This document shows, one piece after another, positions 34,920 to 40,464 of a stretch of 40,464 nucleotides of DNA; within the stretch, counting starts at the first letter, position 1, and each line of letters starts with the position of its first letter. Under the pieces are notes generated by a model that saw only the letters and a program-made list of their open reading frames with translations, did not search any database and had not been told where the DNA came from. Origin of the DNA: Octopus bimaculoides (lineage: Eukaryota); contig NC_068998.1 of NCBI RefSeq assembly GCF_001194135.2, positions 35,517,406-35,557,869 of the forward strand. The letters run 5' to 3'. Position numbers and translations under genes: made by a program.

Positions 34920-35066
34920 TTTCAGATTCGTTAAATCGCCGAATGGAGTGCAATGTCGTGTAAGTTCAGGCTGTCTGCGCTCTAAATTCATATCCTATGG
35001 CAGTCAATTTTGCTTTTTACTCTTTCGAGGTCGATTAATGTAATAGCTGTTCAGTAGTGGGGTATC
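34920..35066 (+). mobile_element. Old SINE family B remnant
   Basis: cagattcgtta...gtcaattttgctttttactctttcgaggtcgat. Confidence 0.5.
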
Positions 35067-35440
35067 TGTCTCTCTCTCTCTCTCTCTCTCCCTTATGTCC
35101 CTCTCCCCGTCCCTCCTCCCATTCCCGTCTCCCTCTCCCCTTCCTCATCCCTCTCTCCCCCATTACCCTCTCTCTCTGCATTGTACATGTAATCCAAAGT
35201 TTCAGCCTTGTTATATTATTTCATGTTGATGGGAATTGTATTAAGAGTAAACGTGTCGGCGAAATACTCAGCTACCGTAACATCAATTTCAAACAATTTC
35301 AAACAATTTCAAACAATTCAGCTGTCTTATCACAATACATACATACATACATACATACATACATACATACATACATGCATACATACATACATACATACAT
35401 ACATATACACACAATTTTATAGAAATATATATATACATAC

Positions 35441-35716
35441 ATGGTATGGTGGTTGTCTACTCCCACCAAGAGCTGCAGATGAGTTCTGATCTTAAAATGT
35501 CTCTTGAGGCCTCCGTTGGATTTGCAAACCTTCTGGCATACACTGCATTTAAAAGTGCGCACCGACATATAGGCAGAATAGGAGGTTCGTTTTCCATGCG
35601 CTCGCAGATGAGATTTGAGGCCAGCAAAAAACAGGCAAGGTCTGTCACAGACTGTGCACACAAAAAGGTCATTGTCATTCACATTCTCGATCGTTACATT
35701 CTTTCTTAGATCTCTG
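35441..35716 (-). mobile_element. Two C2H2-like zinc fingers, probably the 3' end of an RTE-like LINE
   Basis: FVCTVCDRPCLFFAGLKSHLRAH and FKCSVCQKVCKSNGGLKRHFKIR; no TGEKP linker; CATA arrays on both sides. Confidence 0.6.
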
Positions 35717-35738
35717 CATACATACATACATACATACA

Positions 35739-35773
<35 letters not shown>

Positions 35774-36054
35774 TGTCGGTTGTAACACTCTTTTTTTTCA
35801 TCTTTCCTCCTTTCTTACTCTATAATTTACTCGCGCTGACACATTTTTCTCGCTCTTTCTTATAGCACTATATTTCACTGCCTGCTCACCTTTTTTGCCT
35901 GTAGCGCCATCGTCCTTACAAATAGAGGGAACTTACAATGCTTCCCTCTATTTCTGCATCTCTATCACTCGTTAAATCTCTCACTTTCTATCTATCTTCG
36001 CTCATCCACACACGTACACACATTCAAATATTACTCGTCCTTCAGTTATATTAA

Positions 36055-36195
36055 GGGATTCTTTCAGTTTCCGTCTATCAAATTCACTCGCAAGGCTTTG
36101 GTCGATCCGAAGTTATTGTGGAAGACACTCCGCCAAGGCCCAACGCATTGGGATTGAACTTAGTGCTATGTGGTTGGAATGCAAGCTTCACACCA
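36055..36195 (-). mobile_element. SINE family A 5' half, diverged
   Basis: tttcagtttccgtcta...caaggctttggtcga...gaagacact. Confidence 0.75.
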
Positions 36196-36258
36196 CACAC
36201 ACACGCACGCGCACACAAGACAGAGAGAGAGAGAGAGAGAAAGAGGTGGGATATAAAG

Positions 36259-36345
<87 letters not shown>

Positions 36346-36484
36346 AACAGACAGACTGAGTTCGAGAAAGGCGCCAAACCTTCTGTACGAAGTTGGTATC
36401 CTGTCGGAAGGGCATTTTCTTGGCTTTCCTATGTTAATATTTATACTGCTTTTCTATGGTTTATATTAAAATTTTACCCTTTGA

Positions 36485-36517
<33 letters not shown>

Positions 36518-36644
36518 GCCTGTATGTATGTATGCGTTCATGCATCTATGTAAAGTGCATATCTCAAATACTGAGCTTGTACGTTGATGGGTAGATGTGT
36601 TTATATTTATGAAACTAAAAATTTACCCATGTGTTATTGGTTAG

Positions 36645-36790
36645 TACTATGATCAAAGACAGTCCAGCTTTGACCCACACCCCTTTTGCATCCCTCTTTA
36701 TTAAGATAGCAGGGTGTGGTTTCGGGGAGATTTGATTACTATTTCTTATAGGTCAAGTGACCACGTAGAGGATCTTTTATTGGCTACAAA
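36645..36790. repeat. Dispersed repeat family E
   Basis: ctatgatcaaagacagtcc and gggagatttg..tactatttc..gaccacgtagagg resemble 38675-38880 and 18690-18760. Confidence 0.5.
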
Positions 36791-37285
36791 GATATGACTG
36801 TCATTTGGCTATTGAGAGCTCTCCAGATTCAATTTTTGACAAGCGCCATTAAATATAGGTCGCTTATGTATCTATGTGTATCAGCTACGTGTATTTATTA
36901 TTTCATGTGTGCATTTATGCCTCTATACATATGTGTCTTTGTATTTACAAAGATGTACTTTTATAGCATCGTGTATTGATGTGTAGTGTATGCTTATATA
37001 TATATACATATGCAAACACTCGCGCACACGCACACACGCATATTATGTGTGAGTATGTATTAACTATGATATATATATGTGTATATGTGTGTGTATGTAT
37101 ATGTAAATATATATATACATATATGTATGTATGTTTGTATATATAAACATGTATGGATATGAATACTAGCACACTAGCAGATTTACACACACGTGTAAAA
37201 CTGCGTATGACTTATCCCTTTATTTATATAAGGAGATATCACTAAAAACAAACTTTATTTATTATCTTTTCAACATCAAAAGTTA

Positions 37286-37332
<47 letters not shown>

Positions 37333-37930
37333 NNNNNNNNNNNNNNNNNNNNNNNNNNNNNNNNNNNNNNNNNNNNNNNNNNNNNNNNNNNNNNNNNNNN
37401 NNNNNNNNNNNNNNNNNNNNNNNNNNNNNNNNNNNNNNNNNNNNNNNNNNNNNNNNNNNNNNNNNNNNNNNNNNNNNNNNNNNNNNNNNNNNNNNNNNNN
37501 NNNNNNNNNNNNNNNNNNNNNNNNNNNNNNNNNNNNNNNNNNNNNNNNNNNNNNNNNNNNNNNNNNNNNNNNNNNNNNNNNNNNNNNNNNNNNNNNNNNN
37601 NNNNNNNNNNNNNNNNNNNNNNNNNNNNNNNNNNNNNNNNNNNNNNNNNNNNNNNNNNNNNNNNNNNNNNNNNNNNNNNNNNNNNNNNNNNNNNNNNNNN
37701 NNNNNNNNNNNNNNNNNNNNNNNNNNNNNNNNNNNNNNNNNNNNNNNNNNNNNNNNNNNNNNNNNNNNNNNNNNNNNNNNNNNNNNNNNNNNNNNNNNNN
37801 NNNNNNNNNNNNNNNNNNNNNNNNNNNNNNNNNNNNNNNNNNNNNNNNNNNNNNNNNNNNNNNNNNNNNNNNNNNNNNNNNNNNNNNNNNNNNNNNNNNN
37901 NNNNNNNNNNNNNNNNNNNNNNNNNNNNNT

Positions 37931-38075
37931 TCGCGGCGAATTCTAGGTTGTGTGGTGGATTAAAGCAGATTACTTCCATTTTCCTGATTTTACTTTGCTG
38001 TGTCGGGAGTGGGCTCTTATCTGCATAGTCTAGATTTTTCACTGAAGCTACTCCTTGTTAAGGCCTCATTATAAG
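37931..38075 (-). mobile_element. Penelope-like element ORF fragment, cut by gap 37333-37929
   Basis: YNEALTRSSFSEK, frameshift, LDY...KIRKMEVICFNPP, resembling the PLE 'RKIIWFNPP' motif. Confidence 0.55.
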
Positions 38076-38674
38076 AGAGATTACTATAGCATCCTATACA
38101 AGAAAGCTCTACGCGCATTCATAGGCGCACACATATATACGTACATGCATATGTATGTGTGTGCGTGCATGTATATATAGCGTATATATATGTGTGTGTG
38201 TGTGTATGTATATGAATGCATACCTCTGTGTTTGTATGTGTGTTTATATCCAAACATATACCGACCAGTCAAAAGACCACCCACCACGACCACAACCACC
38301 GCCACTACAAACTACAATCATTAGCAATCTTCCTTCCTCTTTTCACCAGCGTCATATTTTAAGTAAATTATAAACAAAAAAAACAAGAAAAATTCACAAA
38401 TCCGCACACGCGTCTGAATTCATACTCATATGCACGTACACGCGCGCGCAGAGCTGGTAAATTCCTATTTCATCTCAATATGAAACTCAATGAATTCTTT
38501 TACTTTCTCTAATTAAATCCTTTATCCTAACAAAATGCTACAATTGCCTCTGAAATACAAAGATTATCAGCGCTAAAGAACACCAAATCTTGAAATACCT
38601 GACATCAAGCAACAGCTGAATAATTCATCTCATTTCATGCAGTGACGAAATAGGAATGTACAAGTTGACGTCTT

Positions 38675-39100
38675 TGCTTCTACTTCTGTCGTTTGCGCCC
38701 AGCTCAGCCCTGATCGAGCTGAACTATGATCTAAGACAGTCTGGTCATGACGAACTAACCTTTCTAAGCAGTAACGTCTTCGGGTCCACATTATTCAATG
38801 CGTCTTTCCTATAAGACGTTAGGCTGTAATTTGGAGGAAATGCTTATTTCAAGTATGTGGAACGGCCACTTTAGAGGTGCTCTGGGTGTCTTGATGAGCG
38901 ACGTCGCTGTTATTTAGTTTCAGAGCGACCCTGATCAAGCAGATTTACGATTAGAAGGCGCTCCAACCGCGATCGTCCCGTTATTGTCTACTGTGGCCCT
39001 TTTTGAGAAACTAGACTATGGTTTGAGTGAAGTTTCATCTTAGTACAGAAAAGAGGTGATTCTTCAACATTCTGCAGAAGATCTGGTATTGTAACAGACT
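38675..39100. repeat. Two tandem diverged copies of repeat family E
   Basis: cagccctgatcgagc.ga.ctatgatc (~38700) and gaccctgatcaagcagatttacgatt (~38925). Confidence 0.55.
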
Positions 39101-39489
39101 GGAACATGCCTACATATACACAAACAAAAATACATACACACATATATAGTTACACATAATACATATTTCTATATGCACATATACAAATATACATATGTGT
39201 ATATATATATNNNNNNNNNNNNNNNNNNNNNNNNNNNNNNNNNNNNNNNNNNNNNNNNNNNNNNNNNNNNNNNNNNNNNNNNNNNNNNNNNNNNNNNNNN
39301 NNNNNNNNNNNNNNNNNNNNNNNNNNNNNNNNNNNNNNNNNNNNNNNNNNNNNNNNNNNNNNNNNNNNNNNNNNNNNNNNNNNNNNNNNNNNNNNNNNNT
39401 ATATATAATTATATATAAATACATGCATGTTAATGTACAGAAGTACACATGTATATATTTGCAAATTTATGCACGCACTAACAAATACA

Positions 39490-39534
<45 letters not shown>

Positions 39535-39670
39535 AGATGTACTCATGCATATACATACTTAGAAAAGAACCCATCGCCTGCATATAATGCAAAACATGTA
39601 ATAAAACTGGACAGAAAAGCATAAATTGAAACCACTACAACTTTTAATGGAATTAAATATATATATATAG

Positions 39671-39820
39671 GACGGGTTTCTGTCAGCCAAATTCACTCAG
39701 AAGACATTGGTCGGTCCGGGGCTATAGGAGATGACACTTGTGCAAAGTACTGCACAGTGAAGCTGAAACCCGAAACCATGTGGCTGCAAGGTGAGCCCCT
39801 GAATCACACAGCCGTACCTA
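39671..39820 (-). mobile_element. SINE family A 5' half, diverged
   Basis: gacggg...ttggtcggtccggggctatag...gacacttg...cccgaaaccatgtgg...cacacagcc. Confidence 0.75.
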
Positions 39821-39979
39821 AACATTGAATACATTTAAATAGCTAACTAAAATTCATAGATTGAAATCTTTCTAAATAGTGAAGTTATCAAATAGCGTAA
39901 TACTGCGTAGTGTAGTAAACTGCAATGTATTACAATAATTAGCATATTGTTATATGATGCATCTAAAATGAACGGGAGG

Positions 39980-40201
39980 ATACTGGCTCTCCGTCGGTCA
40001 CTACGACGAGTGTTCCAGTTGATCCGATCAACAGGACAGCCTATCCATGCAATTAAAGTGCAAGTGATAAAGCACTCCACAGACACACATAACCTTAACG
40101 TAGTTCTCAGGGAGATTCAGCGTGACACAGATTGTGACAAAGTCTGGTCTTTTGAATCACTGGTACTACTTATTTTTGCTAGCTGACTGGACTAGAGCAA
40201 C
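39980..40201 (-). mobile_element. SINE family C 3' portion
   Basis: gggagattcagcgtgacacagattgtgacaa...gctagctgactggactagagcaac matches 34200-34385. Confidence 0.8.
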
Positions 40202-40204
40202 TTG

Positions 40205-40464
40205 GGATCTTTGGGGTTTGACGGGCAACATTTGTTTTCTTAACGAAACACTTTCAAACTTGGGACACTGGTAGAATGTGTCATATAAAACAACTTCTTC
40301 TCTTAACCTTCTTAACAAAAAATTGTACATCGCAAGTTATTTCATGTTAAAGTTGTATTTCTGTAATTTCAACCAATCACTGACGTCTATTCAGCTGAAT
40401 ACAGTTACTGCTGTTCGGTGTCAAGTGTGTTATTCCCTGTTTAATTATATCATTATTCCCTAGT
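40205..40464. mobile_element. Left arm of a GGATCT-terminated element containing repeat F (runs off the window)
   Basis: Starts ggatctttggggtttgacgggca; aatttcaaccaatcactgacgtctatt is the reverse complement of 17255-17285. Confidence 0.65.

Noticed and set aside
35441-35716. Host C2H2 zinc-finger gene
   Set aside because: No TGEKP linker, no evident splice sites, incomplete second finger and microsatellite flanks; kept as TE-derived with residual doubt.

Overview
AT-rich, repeat-dominated eukaryotic DNA, most likely an octopus (inferred from SINE families I recognise, not from a database search). About 3.8 kb is assembly gaps (11 N-runs, mostly flanked by microsatellites). I cannot support any complete host protein-coding gene, tRNA, rRNA or CRISPR array; most listed ORFs are microsatellite or N-run artefacts. 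Recognisable coding remnants are all transposon-derived: an RTE-like LINE RT (3257-4107, -), two Dong/R4-like RLE LINE 3' ends (8768-9672, -; 10500-11780, +), a CR1-like 3' end (16160-16767, +), Penelope-like RT/GIY-YIG pieces (21385-22258, -; 37931-38075, -), a Ty3/gypsy gag-protease-RT 5' half (25010-26970, -) and a two-zinc-finger fragment (35441-35716, -). About 25 tRNA-derived SINE copies or fragments and several DNA-transposon-like elements fill the rest. Most interesting: (1) a ~500 bp fold-back with inward-facing TTAGGG/CCCTAA tracts, apparently part of a GGATCT-terminated TIR family; (2) a ~600 bp imperfect inverted repeat carrying a minimal hammerhead-ribozyme-like motif; (3) two LINE fragments embedded in (CATA)n arrays; (4) a SINE-in-SINE insertion with a diagnostic 17 bp TSD; (5) a YY1-motif/ATG candidate first exon at 34654-34684 (-) plus several unconfirmed exon candidates.
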